A stretch of 62,351 bases of DNA, counting the filler, from Bdellovibrionota bacterium (GTDB lineage: Bacteria > Bdellovibrionota > Bdellovibrionia > Bdellovibrionales > JAEYZS01): NCBI GenBank assembly GCA_963169515.1. It is 5 parts of 5 records of this genome, joined end to end, with 100 filler letters (N's around TTAATTAATTAA, not from the genome) between each part and the next. Parts side by side here need not be neighbours in the genome. Positions count along the whole stretch, not along the records: positions 22,305 to 42,269 come from CAUJEF010000046.1; 4 more parts are not named here. One strand, given 5' to 3'. Within the stretch, counting starts at the first letter, position 1. Each line of letters starts with the position of its first letter. Shown here one piece after another: positions 29,579-38,908 of the stretch. The translations under genes and the position numbers were made by a program. The notes under the pieces are model-generated. The model was given only the letters and a program-made list of their open reading frames with translations, was not told the origin of the DNA and did no database searches.

Positions 29579-31825
29579 CTATTTGACTGGTTTATTAACC
29601 TTTACATAAAAGCGTTTTTTCGCAAACGGTTTTTCTGCGCCGGCGTTGAACACTTGCAAATGGATATAGTCTTTGCAACCGTCATCCTGCGTATTGATTC
29701 CGTCACACACCCCAGTCACAGTGAGCGGAATTTCTACCGAACCGCCGCTTTCCGATATTGTCCTTACAATCGACCCATTTTCTTCACCCTGATAGTGAAC
29801 ATTTCCCTGCAACGGGCTTCCTTTAAACGTCGCTTTAATTGTTACAGGGTATTTCATTTGGGTCTTTTCGCCATCTTTTACCTCTAGTTTCAGTTTATAT
29901 GACTGGGTTTGTTCTGCCGTTAGCCTTAACAAGATCGGATTATAGCGACTTCCTAAGCTCGAATAAGTTAATTCACCCAACTCACTTGAAACGATGTATT
30001 GAACAATATCCTTTGGATCCATTCCAAAATTACGTTTCATGAAGTTTTCTGTGATTATAGGTGCAAGCTCGCCTGGGTTACGCACACCAGGCGTTCCCAT
30101 TTCATCAACAAACAGCAGGTGATTATAAAGTTCCATAACCGTTGGGTTAGGGTGTTGACGCATATATCGCATCATTTCGATTGTTAAATCCGTCACTTTC
30201 AATAAGCCTTTTGAATCTGTTTTTGTAGCTTGCAAAAGGATGTCACGCAAAACTCCGCCGTAAGCCTCACCGTCGTCATGCTCTTCGTTTGTCACATTAA
30301 AAGCAATGCTATTATTGGATCGTCGGAATTCCATGCCTGGATATGGCTTGCCCTCTGTCACATCATTAATCACAAGTTCTGCCGCGAAATCAGCAAACCC
30401 TTCAGAGAATCCACCATTGTCAAATCCCCCGGCACCCATCAGACGATCCATCAAGCCATGGCCCAATTCGTGCCAAATCGTTGTATTGTCACGCGCAAAG
30501 TTTGCGCTGCCCGCAGAATACGTTGTGAAATTAATTGTGTCGTTCCAATAAAATGCATTGTCACGATATTCAATGTTGGGATCGAACAAAACCGCCTGAA
30601 ATGGACGCTCTGAAAGTTCTGGATCTATGAAACCTTTATCGTGGTAACTCTCAAAGAATTTTGTAACTGCATAGTAAACCTGAACTTCATCAAATCCCGC
30701 ATTAAGGTATGTTGCCGCATTGTGATTTGGATCGTAAATCAACGGACGATTGTAAATATCCATCTCTGACGAAAAGGTCTTTCCATAAAAACCTGTCATA
30801 TAATAAACAAGGTAATCGATAACATTCCCAGCACCATCTGTGATTAGCTTGGCCATCTCGGTTGGAAATATCGAATATTTTTTGGGAATATCTACACCCG
30901 GAAATGTATCGAAGGCGTTTGGATGTATTTGGATCGTTGCATATTTACCTGCAAGAACTGCATCTGAACCTAAATTATTTTCCGAATATCCAACTGCCGC
31001 TTTTAGATCGTTTATCTTTTGGAATACCTGCTTGTAAGACCAAAATCCTTGCGCTTGCCCATACGGAGTTTCCGCCAAAAGCTCATTATACTTGCTCATT
31101 AACCATTTCGGATCATTCAAATTTGTATAGGGATCATCGCTCGGCTTTTGAATGTTTTTAAAAATGTATTTTAGTTCTACAGGAAGTCGCGTTTGCATTT
31201 CATGGGTTTCTTCGACTTCTTCATAAATTGGGAAAACTTGGGCTGGAACCGAATACGTTCCGTCTTCCGTGGGATATGGTTTGAAGGTTGTGCGAATCAC
31301 CTTGCCTTTAGAATACGAATATTCAATCAAGTAGCGACCGTTTTGTGTGTTTACACTGTAGCTACGAATCAAATCATCCTTTGTCCATTCGTCAGATTTT
31401 GCAAAACTTGTTAGCGGCAGCTCGGCAGCCTTTAGGAATGCAGTCGCCGCCAGCGCATCGATATCCTTTTGACTTTTCAGCAAAGGCAGAATCTTATTCG
31501 CCAATTTCTTAACTTGGGCAGGGTCTTCAATCAATGCTTCGATTTGAATTAAACGATCGTCTTTTTTCCAAATACGGATCGACATTTTTTTAATCGGCAA
31601 ACCGCTTTGGACTTGTAAATGGCGGCTGTAGTGTGACGTTGCAAGATCACGGTCTTCATCCAAAACAAAATCATGGATGTTCAGTGTATATCCTGTTTGA
31701 GCCTCAATTTTTTGAACAATTTGTGTAAAATCAACATTCGTGTCCTCTTTATATGTCCAACGCACAAATTTTTCTGCCTGCGCATTCATACCAAAAAGCA
31801 CGATAACTAAGCTTAGAAATTTCAT
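29579..31825 (-). CDS. Secreted gluzincin metallopeptidase (M36/M4-like) with propeptide
   Basis: DNAFY, WHELGHG, GGFSEGFADF, EEHDDGEAY; signal peptide. Confidence 0.8.
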   Translation of the reverse strand: MKFLSLVIVLFGMNAQAEKFVRWTYKEDTNVDFTQIVQKIEAQTGYTLNIHDFVLDEDRDLATSHYSRHLQVQSGLPIKKMSIRIWKKDDRLIQIEALIEDPAQVKKLANKILPLLKSQKDIDALAATAFLKAAELPLTSFAKSDEWTKDDLIRSYSVNTQNGRYLIEYSYSKGKVIRTTFKPYPTEDGTYSVPAQVFPIYEEVEETHEMQTRLPVELKYIFKNIQKPSDDPYTNLNDPKWLMSKYNELLAETPYGQAQGFWSYKQVFQKINDLKAAVGYSENNLGSDAVLAGKYATIQIHPNAFDTFPGVDIPKKYSIFPTEMAKLITDGAGNVIDYLVYYMTGFYGKTFSSEMDIYNRPLIYDPNHNAATYLNAGFDEVQVYYAVTKFFESYHDKGFIDPELSERPFQAVLFDPNIEYRDNAFYWNDTINFTTYSAGSANFARDNTTIWHELGHGLMDRLMGAGGFDNGGFSEGFADFAAELVINDVTEGKPYPGMEFRRSNNSIAFNVTNEEHDDGEAYGGVLRDILLQATKTDSKGLLKVTDLTIEMMRYMRQHPNPTVMELYNHLLFVDEMGTPGVRNPGELAPIITENFMKRNFGMDPKDIVQYIVSSELGELTYSSLGSRYNPILLRLTAEQTQSYKLKLEVKDGEKTQMKYPVTIKATFKGSPLQGNVHYQGEENGSIVRTISESGGSVEIPLTVTGVCDGINTQDDGCKDYIHLQVFNAGAEKPFAKKRFYVKVNKPVK

Positions 31826-31983
31826 ATTGTTCGCCCCCCTAGCGATCGATCCGCCGGATAAAATCCGATGCCCGGATCAATTTTTATAAGAGCTAAAAGC
31901 TAGTACTGAACCATGACAATTACAACCACGGCAAACGCGTCAAAAACGGTTGATGTCCACAATGGCTTTGGTTAGGATCTGCT

Positions 31984-32391
31984 GTGGATAAAAAGAAAAA
32001 AGTTCTTTTGCTTCATACACTTGCCGCGACAGTTACGGTCTATTTTTGTTTTATGACATTTGATACCGCCAAGCTCTTGGTGTTTGGAAAGCCCACGAAA
32101 GCAAGGATTGTTGGTTTTGAACTCCTCGAAAGCGCATCAACCGAGGATCTGTACAGCGTCACATTGCGGGCTGAGGACGTTAACGCAAGTTTTGTGCTTC
32201 GTAAGTGGACCCCGAAGGGGCAGCTTCCAATTTCTAAAGAGAATACTGCCTTGCTCTACCTTCCAGATAATCCCAAGGCCGTAGCGTTTCGAACTGGGTA
32301 TGAAATGCTGAGCCTTTTTCCCTTTCTCATCTTCATCCTTCTTTTACTTAAAATAAGTATTTCTTATATATATTCAAAAAATCCTCAATAG
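31984..32391 (+). CDS. Membrane protein, DUF3592-like
   Basis: TM, beta region with Y.PDNP..., TM. Confidence 0.55.
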   Translation: MDKKKKVLLLHTLAATVTVYFCFMTFDTAKLLVFGKPTKARIVGFELLESASTEDLYSVTLRAEDVNASFVLRKWTPKGQLPISKENTALLYLPDNPKAVAFRTGYEMLSLFPFLIFILLLLKISISYIYSKNPQ

Positions 32392-32526
32392 TTTGGGCGC
32401 ATTTTGGGAGCTCAAATTGCCTATTTTTAGAATGAAAATATAAAAAACAAGTGTCAGAACGACACTGATGGAAAGTTATATTGATATTAGAATCATTTAT
32501 ACTCCGGCTTTTGTCGAGGCAGACCA

Positions 32527-32542
32527 TGGCACAGTGGTTGCT
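32527..32542 (+). promoter_or_regulatory. Putative sigma54 promoter, near consensus
   Basis: TGGCACAGTGGTTGCT. Confidence 0.75.
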
Positions 32543-32552
32543 ATATAAAATC

Positions 32553-32656
32553 AGTATATCGCTTGTCCTTCCCCGATCGGGGAGACCATAGGACGACGGG
32601 GCAATCAAAAAACAATCAAATAGTAAGGGGGGGAATGCAGACCCCCCGATCTTTTT
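32553..32656 (+). ncRNA. Candidate structured leader or small RNA ending in a terminator-like hairpin
   Basis: Follows sigma54 site; TCCCCGATCGGGGA palindrome; G7-N8-C6-GATC-T5. Confidence 0.35.
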
Positions 32657-32670
32657 CCGATACAGAATTG

Positions 32671-34299
32671 ATGAAGTTTAACAACAAGTTCCGACTTTTT
32701 AAATGGCTTCTTGCGATCTTGCTCAGCTTTTTTGCGATCATCGTTGTTCCGCTATTTATATACCATCGGTTTGTTTTAAAGCCTCAAAATCAAAAATGGA
32801 ATTTGCACCATTGTGAAAACGAATTGGTCAAAGCCTCTGGTCAGATTCGAACCTATCTCATGGATCAAGTCGATGCCGCAAAAAAAATCGTAGACGCTGG
32901 AGTCTCTTCTAATTTCCAAAATGGTCTCTCGCTTATGACCTATGAATACAATAACAATAAATGGAATGTTAAAAACATCATTATTCATCCTGATTTTTCA
33001 AAGCTCTACAAAATCAAAGTCGATGACATCCTAGATGCATACCGAAACCATGATCTACTTCATCCAGTTTCCCAGGAAATAAAACTCGAACATCGGACAA
33101 TTAAAGATTTTGATATGCTGAGCATTTACTTTGTCCATCGGAATCCACAACCCAAATTAGTTTTTATTCAAATGTTTCCGGAATTCCTTGAAAAAAGCTT
33201 AAAAACAGACCCCACTTGCAACTTGGCCCTCGTGGACAATGGCGGAAACACCATCGCAGGTTATATAGCTGACTCTACAGTAAAGGATTTTCTGCTTGAA
33301 TACCAATCCTACCGTCAAAATGCGACTAAAGCTGTTCAGAGTCTTCATGCCTCTGTCAATGAAACAGAAATTTTTCTCTACAATTCGGTGTTGAAAAATC
33401 TTCTGTTGGTTTCTACAGTATCACCAGAAGTCCATCCCCTCTTCGCTCAATACCTGGATCTATTTAACCTTAATTCGATTTTAATATTAATTTTAATTGC
33501 TGGAACCTGCTTTCTCGCATTGCAGTTTGTGTCTGAAAAGATGTTTATATTCAAAGAAGCCATGCAAGAAATGTCGAATGGTGTTTTTAAACCCCATCCA
33601 ACGCAATCCGAAGATCCGCTTTTCAGCGAACTCTTTGAAGATCTTGCCAAATTTGCAAATCATTTCCTTTACAGGATACGTACAATTTCTAAATATCAAA
33701 AACTTCTAAAACTGAAAGACGCACAATTAAAACGCCAGTTCGAGACAGAGGAGGCTGTTACAAAAAAAGTCGTATCCTTACACCTGGAGCTAAAAAATCA
33801 AGAGGCGGTCACCTACGACTTTAAAATATTTCAAGACATAGCCGAGCTCAGCAGTCTTTGGGCAAATATAGGTGAACTTATCGAAGACAGCGGGGGCATA
33901 ATTGATACTCTAACTGGCGGCACAATTCGCGCCCTGTGGTTTTTAAAAACAGTGGAACCTCGGCAAATTGATATAATTGTAAAGCTTGCGCTTGAAATCC
34001 AAGACCTTGTTAATTCAATTAACAAACATCGATTTATCAATAACTCAAGCCCATACAAAATTCATATTGGACTACACCGGGGGGAAATGATTATGACGTC
34101 ACTCGGGCCGCTCGAGCGCAAGGAATTCACTCCCATCGGGGCAGATCTCGAAACTACAATCAAAATCTGCGGCGTTGCTAAAGCGACCTTGGCCCCCATC
34201 GTTCTCAGCCACAGTGTTTTTGAATATGTAAACAAAAACTACCTTTTCACAGTCCTAGATCAAACCATCGGCGACGAAAAGCTCTACAGCCTAAGGTAG
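32671..34299 (+). CDS. Membrane sensor with degenerate class III adenylate/guanylate cyclase domain
   Basis: 2 TM, periplasmic domain, HAMP-like linker, IHIGLHRGE..G..ER.EFTPIG; start chosen at ATG 32671. Confidence 0.75.
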   Translation: MKFNNKFRLFKWLLAILLSFFAIIVVPLFIYHRFVLKPQNQKWNLHHCENELVKASGQIRTYLMDQVDAAKKIVDAGVSSNFQNGLSLMTYEYNNNKWNVKNIIIHPDFSKLYKIKVDDILDAYRNHDLLHPVSQEIKLEHRTIKDFDMLSIYFVHRNPQPKLVFIQMFPEFLEKSLKTDPTCNLALVDNGGNTIAGYIADSTVKDFLLEYQSYRQNATKAVQSLHASVNETEIFLYNSVLKNLLLVSTVSPEVHPLFAQYLDLFNLNSILILILIAGTCFLALQFVSEKMFIFKEAMQEMSNGVFKPHPTQSEDPLFSELFEDLAKFANHFLYRIRTISKYQKLLKLKDAQLKRQFETEEAVTKKVVSLHLELKNQEAVTYDFKIFQDIAELSSLWANIGELIEDSGGIIDTLTGGTIRALWFLKTVEPRQIDIIVKLALEIQDLVNSINKHRFINNSSPYKIHIGLHRGEMIMTSLGPLERKEFTPIGADLETTIKICGVAKATLAPIVLSHSVFEYVNKNYLFTVLDQTIGDEKLYSLR

Positions 34300-34328
34300 G
34301 CCGTACCTTTTTGATGTGCGGTGAGCCA

Positions 34329-35504
34329 TTATTGCTTTATGACAAGTCTTCGCGTGGGCCCGAGTATTAATTTCGAAGTTCGATACGGGAACCCGTTGAT
34401 ACGCCAATAAAATTGACCCGTATGCTCAAAATTAACAAAAAGAAAATTTGCCCCCTGAATTGTTTCGTGAAATGCGAGGTCTTTAAAACTAGAGGTTTTA
34501 GAAACCTCCAGAAATAGCTTTTCAAATTGAGAAGGATTGTCCCATTGAAACTTGACTTCAACACCTGCTTTCCCTAGCTCTAACTCCGCATTATCATGAG
34601 GAAGCAGAGGTTGAATCGTCGCCTGCGCTTGAACAAAAATCTTGTACAAATCTGAATATACATACCGTCGCTTGTCGCTCTTATCGAAAGCATATATTCG
34701 AAAATAATGAAACCCAGGATCTAATGAAATTAAAGTTTCATTCTTTTTAGGGTTATTTATTGATTGAGTCTCTCTTAATGTTTGAATCGATGGGCCAAAA
34801 TAAAATCTATACAAATCATAGGACGTTGGATTCTTCCACGCAAATCGAACACCAATCGGATCATCCGATAAAGTCGAAAATCGATCAAAATTCAAGGGCG
34901 TGAGCATTTTAATACCAGGCTCAAACACTGAGAATTCAGAGTTGTTTGAAAATTGAATGACTTGACCACTTGAAAACTCCAAGTCATTTTCGCCTTTTCT
35001 AATTTTTATAGAGCCATAAGGAATGCTCAAATTAATCTTGTTTTCTTCGTTTTGATAAATAAAAATATCCGAATCATGCATCTCAATGATGATATTTTTG
35101 AAGTTCACCTTTAGTCTTTCACGATCCTTGATTGAGTGATAACTCACATACATTTCGCCACGGTGAAAGTGAATCTGAGGGTTGCCTTCTTTAACTGCAA
35201 TATAAATTTGACTGTTTGGCCCCAATTCGACTCGGCCATCTGTATTAACAGACAATAAGCTCGTCTGACTATTTTCAAGCGTTTGAATCTCCGTTCCCGG
35301 GCGAAGACCGTCTTCCAGAATAATATCATCCCAACCACTTCGCAAATTTTCTCGGATAAATACCTTACCAAATATTTCCTGAACCTTCATTAAGGCTGGC
35401 TCAACAGGCCGCCGATTGGAAATTCGATTCGTGGCTCCCCACCAGAATCCAAAAACCAAAAGCAAACAAAAGGTAATTAAAATATGTTTAATTTTTATCA
35501 TCAA
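34329..35504 (-). CDS. FecR-domain protein with C-terminal Ig/FN3-like domains
   Basis: N-terminal TM; G..IQT..NS......GRVELGPNS; YYW-type beta repeats. Confidence 0.7.
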   Translation of the reverse strand: MMIKIKHILITFCLLLVFGFWWGATNRISNRRPVEPALMKVQEIFGKVFIRENLRSGWDDIILEDGLRPGTEIQTLENSQTSLLSVNTDGRVELGPNSQIYIAVKEGNPQIHFHRGEMYVSYHSIKDRERLKVNFKNIIIEMHDSDIFIYQNEENKINLSIPYGSIKIRKGENDLEFSSGQVIQFSNNSEFSVFEPGIKMLTPLNFDRFSTLSDDPIGVRFAWKNPTSYDLYRFYFGPSIQTLRETQSINNPKKNETLISLDPGFHYFRIYAFDKSDKRRYVYSDLYKIFVQAQATIQPLLPHDNAELELGKAGVEVKFQWDNPSQFEKLFLEVSKTSSFKDLAFHETIQGANFLFVNFEHTGQFYWRINGFPYRTSKLILGPTRRLVIKQ

Positions 35505-36403
35505 TTTAAAGTGTTTTTATAAGCCATGGACCTTAGTTTTTCTAACTCTCCTAGGCTTATATAATACTTTTTCCCGCAGAAATCGCAACTGAGCATGAGA
35601 CTTTCGTTGGTCTCTTGAATCATGCTATCGATTTCTTGATGTCCCAGCAAGATAAGCGCACGTTTTGCCCGATCCGTAGAACATCGGCACTGATACTGAA
35701 TAAAAGAATTATGTTCCAGTTCAACCATTTTGAAATCAGATAAAAATTCATTCAAAATTTCGGTCGCAGAAAGCCCCAAAGCAAGCAATTCTGAAAGATG
35801 TTTAGCCGCAGCAACTTTCTTCTCTATTTTTTGAATTGTATCTTCTTGAGCTCCGGGCATTAGTTCGATCAAAACTCCACCGGCAGAGGCAACATAGCCC
35901 TTCGGATTCAAATCAACAGTCAATGCAACGACAGACGGGATTTGATGACTCTGGTACAGATAAAACGCTATATCATCCCCGACCTCACCCGTCTGAATAT
36001 CGACAAGACCACGATGAACACTATCTGAGTTATGCGAGGTTCGTACAATTTCCAAAACACCGTTTCCAACCGCGCCACGAATGTCCAGTTTGCTGTTTTT
36101 AAGGGGAAGATCAACCTTCGGGTTATGAGTAAATGCGCGAACCGCGCCCTCATAGTTTCCTTCTGCATAAAAGTTCCCTAGAGCGCCATTCCCCTTCACA
36201 TACATTCCCACGCTATCGCCAAGTTTCAAATGGCTCGCCATGAGGGCACACCCCAGCATAGACCGACCAAGAACAACCGTTGCCAATGGCCCCGCATCCA
36301 GGACCTTACGCATTTCTTCAATGACCTCGGTGCCATAAACAACAGACGCACGCAATTCGCCGTTGTTATCTAGAAAGCGATGAATCTTTTTTTTATCCGC
36401 CAT
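35501..36403 (-). CDS. hslO: Hsp33 redox-regulated chaperone
   Basis: GEVGDDIAFY..QS.Q.PS, AGG, CRCS...CDFC. Confidence 0.93.
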   Translation of the reverse strand: MADKKKIHRFLDNNGELRASVVYGTEVIEEMRKVLDAGPLATVVLGRSMLGCALMASHLKLGDSVGMYVKGNGALGNFYAEGNYEGAVRAFTHNPKVDLPLKNSKLDIRGAVGNGVLEIVRTSHNSDSVHRGLVDIQTGEVGDDIAFYLYQSHQIPSVVALTVDLNPKGYVASAGGVLIELMPGAQEDTIQKIEKKVAAAKHLSELLALGLSATEILNEFLSDFKMVELEHNSFIQYQCRCSTDRAKRALILLGHQEIDSMIQETNESLMLSCDFCGKKYYISLGELEKLRSMAYKNTLN

Positions 36404-36412
36404 CGGGGTATC

Positions 36413-37390
36413 CTAAGCGACTTTTTTGTCCTTTGAAATTACAATTTTTTGTAAGGCGACAAATATTTCCTTGCTAAATGGCTTACCCATAATATTGTGC
36501 ATATGGTATACGGCATGGTCTGCAAATTTGGGATCCGGATTAGATGGCGATGCCATAATTAAATTACAAAACGTATCTGCTACACCAACCACTCGCGCAA
36601 GTGGATGGATTTTGGTGTCCCAAAGCTTACGCGGGAATCCCTGCCCAATTGCATTTTCGTGGTGCTCATAAGCGATCTTAATAATGTCTTCAGGCATATC
36701 ATGAATTGCCTGCAAAATCATCATTCCCCGGTATGGGTGGGACTCATATTCTCTGATCTCATTTGCAGTCATTTCAATCCGTGGTTTTTTTAATATCTCG
36801 GGAGCGATTTCCTTTTTTCCAATATCATGAAGGATTCCACCCAAGGCTAATTTTTCAAGAGTGTCTTTTCGAACCCACTGCAATTCTTTTGCAATTAATA
36901 TCGACGTATAGCCGACGGCAATCGAGTGTCGAACAAATTCATCGGTGATATCATTTAGCCCGACCAAAAGTTTCAAAAGATCCGGATGCGTTTCAATAAG
37001 ATTAATCACATTCAAAGATATCTCTTTTGCAGAGTTCAGATTTTGTGGATTAAGCCCTACGCGATCCAAGTCATCAAATACTGAGTTCATCACGCTCGAA
37101 AGTATGGCGGATTTTCGATAAACTTCGATCTTTTCATTTTTCATAATAATTCCAGCGACGCTCACCTGCTGCTTTAAAAATGTTGGATAGTCGCTTTGCC
37201 TGACGTAAAGGCTTTTTAGATTGTGCCCCTGGTACCGCTTCAATTGATCAAGCTCGAAAGACTCTCCACCCTTTGTCAGTAAAACAAAGTTCCCTTCGGA
37301 TAATTTGATAAATACGTCCACTTCGGTTTTAAGCCCCGAAATAAAGCGCTCCAATGGTATTGCAACTAGGTCGCGAGGGTCGAAATACAT
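36413..37390 (-). CDS. HD-GYP domain protein
   Basis: HS, LHDIGK, HP..G, HHE..GQGFP, VAD. Confidence 0.9.
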   Translation of the reverse strand: MYFDPRDLVAIPLERFISGLKTEVDVFIKLSEGNFVLLTKGGESFELDQLKRYQGHNLKSLYVRQSDYPTFLKQQVSVAGIIMKNEKIEVYRKSAILSSVMNSVFDDLDRVGLNPQNLNSAKEISLNVINLIETHPDLLKLLVGLNDITDEFVRHSIAVGYTSILIAKELQWVRKDTLEKLALGGILHDIGKKEIAPEILKKPRIEMTANEIREYESHPYRGMMILQAIHDMPEDIIKIAYEHHENAIGQGFPRKLWDTKIHPLARVVGVADTFCNLIMASPSNPDPKFADHAVYHMHNIMGKPFSKEIFVALQKIVISKDKKVA

Positions 37391-37532
37391 ACTATTTTAT
37401 CGGTTCAAATTCTCTAAAACTGTTTCGCTGACAAAGTTTTAGAGGATTGTATATCTTTTTGATACGCTAGATCGCATTTTAATCGCCAGCTAAACCAGGA
37501 CCGCTCTCCCTGTCTCATAATGGTATCACCCA

Positions 37533-37548
37533 TGGAACACGTATTGCT
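37533..37548 (+). promoter_or_regulatory. Putative sigma54 promoter
   Basis: TGGAACACGTATTGCT upstream of 37580. Confidence 0.65.
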
Positions 37549-37579
37549 TATTTAAGAGTGTAAATCCTCGGGGGGACTT

Positions 37580-38770
37580 GTGAAAAAGCATAACATCGCT
37601 ATAGCTATCGTGGCATCCCTAGTTCTATTTCAGAACTGTTCCAAGGTCTCATTTAAAAAAACGAGTGGGGATGGCATTGAAAATCCACAGTGTGTGGGTT
37701 CAGACTGCGGACCAAACCCGACTCCCTCGCCAGTCGGCTTGCAGTGTTTTGGACCACAAATCATCACTCAACCCGGCGATCAAAAAAAACTCGATCTTTT
37801 ATTTGTTATCGATACTTCGGACTCTTTAGATAACGAGCGCGCAGGTATCGCAGACAATATAAGCTCGTTTATTGATAGGTTGCCAGCAGATGTCGATTAT
37901 AATATCGCGGTTTTGCTTGCGCATGCTTATGATTCCAATTCCGGCAAACTTTACAGAGAATCAAGCTCGAATCCACTTATTTTAAAGAAAACCGATTATT
38001 CAAACAATCTTGCTCAGCTTAGATCAATTCTTAGGACTCGAATTGTCGATGCACCCACTGAAGGCAGGTACAATGGTGGTTCAAGCTTATCCAGTGGTGG
38101 CGAAGCCGGTATTTATGGTCTTAATCTACTTCTGAATGGAACAAATTTGACCACTGCAAAAAATCAAGGGTTTTTCCGTGATGATTCAGGGCTTGCAATT
38201 GTGTTCTTATCTGACGAGGACGACCTCTGCTTCCCTCACCCGCAAAAAATGCCGGCAGATCCAAGCATCGATTCAAACCGTAACAATATTCCTGACTATG
38301 AGGAGTCTTTTAAAACACAGTTCTGTTCAAACATATCAATCGCAGGCACACTCAGCGCAATCGGCGCCGCAGTTAACAATAAACCTTATTTCGTATCTGG
38401 AATTGTTCATGCAAGAGAAGACAATATTTCAACAAATGTCAGTAGCACAAACCAAGATGGATTGGGCACAGGTTACATCGAACTTGTCAACGCCGCTCAA
38501 AACAGGCTTCTTGTGGACATGGGCGAAACCAATATGGCAGACGCGCTTTCACAAATCGGTCAAGCTGCAAATTCTGTTCTTGCCGCACTTACAGAAGAAT
38601 ATAAAATCCGGGAACCAATTACAGTGGACCCAAGCACGGTTAAAGTTCGCGTTGACGGCACGGTTCTTCAGAACTCTCAATATACTCTTATTAATAACAT
38701 CATTAACTTTAATAACAATGCGGGGCACGCCAACTCGCGCATTGAGATTAGTTACTGCGGTCGATATTGA
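37580..38770 (+). CDS. VWA/MIDAS-domain putative adhesin lipoprotein (paralog of 24756..26027)
   Basis: FQNCSKVSF; KKLDLLFVIDTSDS; GEAG; QGFFR.D.GL.IVFLSDEDD.C. Confidence 0.85.
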   Translation: MKKHNIAIAIVASLVLFQNCSKVSFKKTSGDGIENPQCVGSDCGPNPTPSPVGLQCFGPQIITQPGDQKKLDLLFVIDTSDSLDNERAGIADNISSFIDRLPADVDYNIAVLLAHAYDSNSGKLYRESSSNPLILKKTDYSNNLAQLRSILRTRIVDAPTEGRYNGGSSLSSGGEAGIYGLNLLLNGTNLTTAKNQGFFRDDSGLAIVFLSDEDDLCFPHPQKMPADPSIDSNRNNIPDYEESFKTQFCSNISIAGTLSAIGAAVNNKPYFVSGIVHAREDNISTNVSSTNQDGLGTGYIELVNAAQNRLLVDMGETNMADALSQIGQAANSVLAALTEEYKIREPITVDPSTVKVRVDGTVLQNSQYTLINNIINFNNNAGHANSRIEISYCGRY

Positions 38771-38908
38771 TAGATTTATTTTTTAAATTCAACGAATGCC
38801 ATACGCGAGTGATTAGGCTCTCTCGTTGAGAGGTCTTTCTCGCACTTTTCATGGGCTTCGTCCGTCTCATTGAAAATGATGGTGGTGGATTGAAGGTTTG
38901 CATTTCTA

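Noticed and set aside
32563..32670. N-terminal extension of the cyclase-like ORF from TTG 32563
   Set aside because: Region looks like structured non-coding RNA; ATG 32671 directly precedes the basic-plus-TM segment
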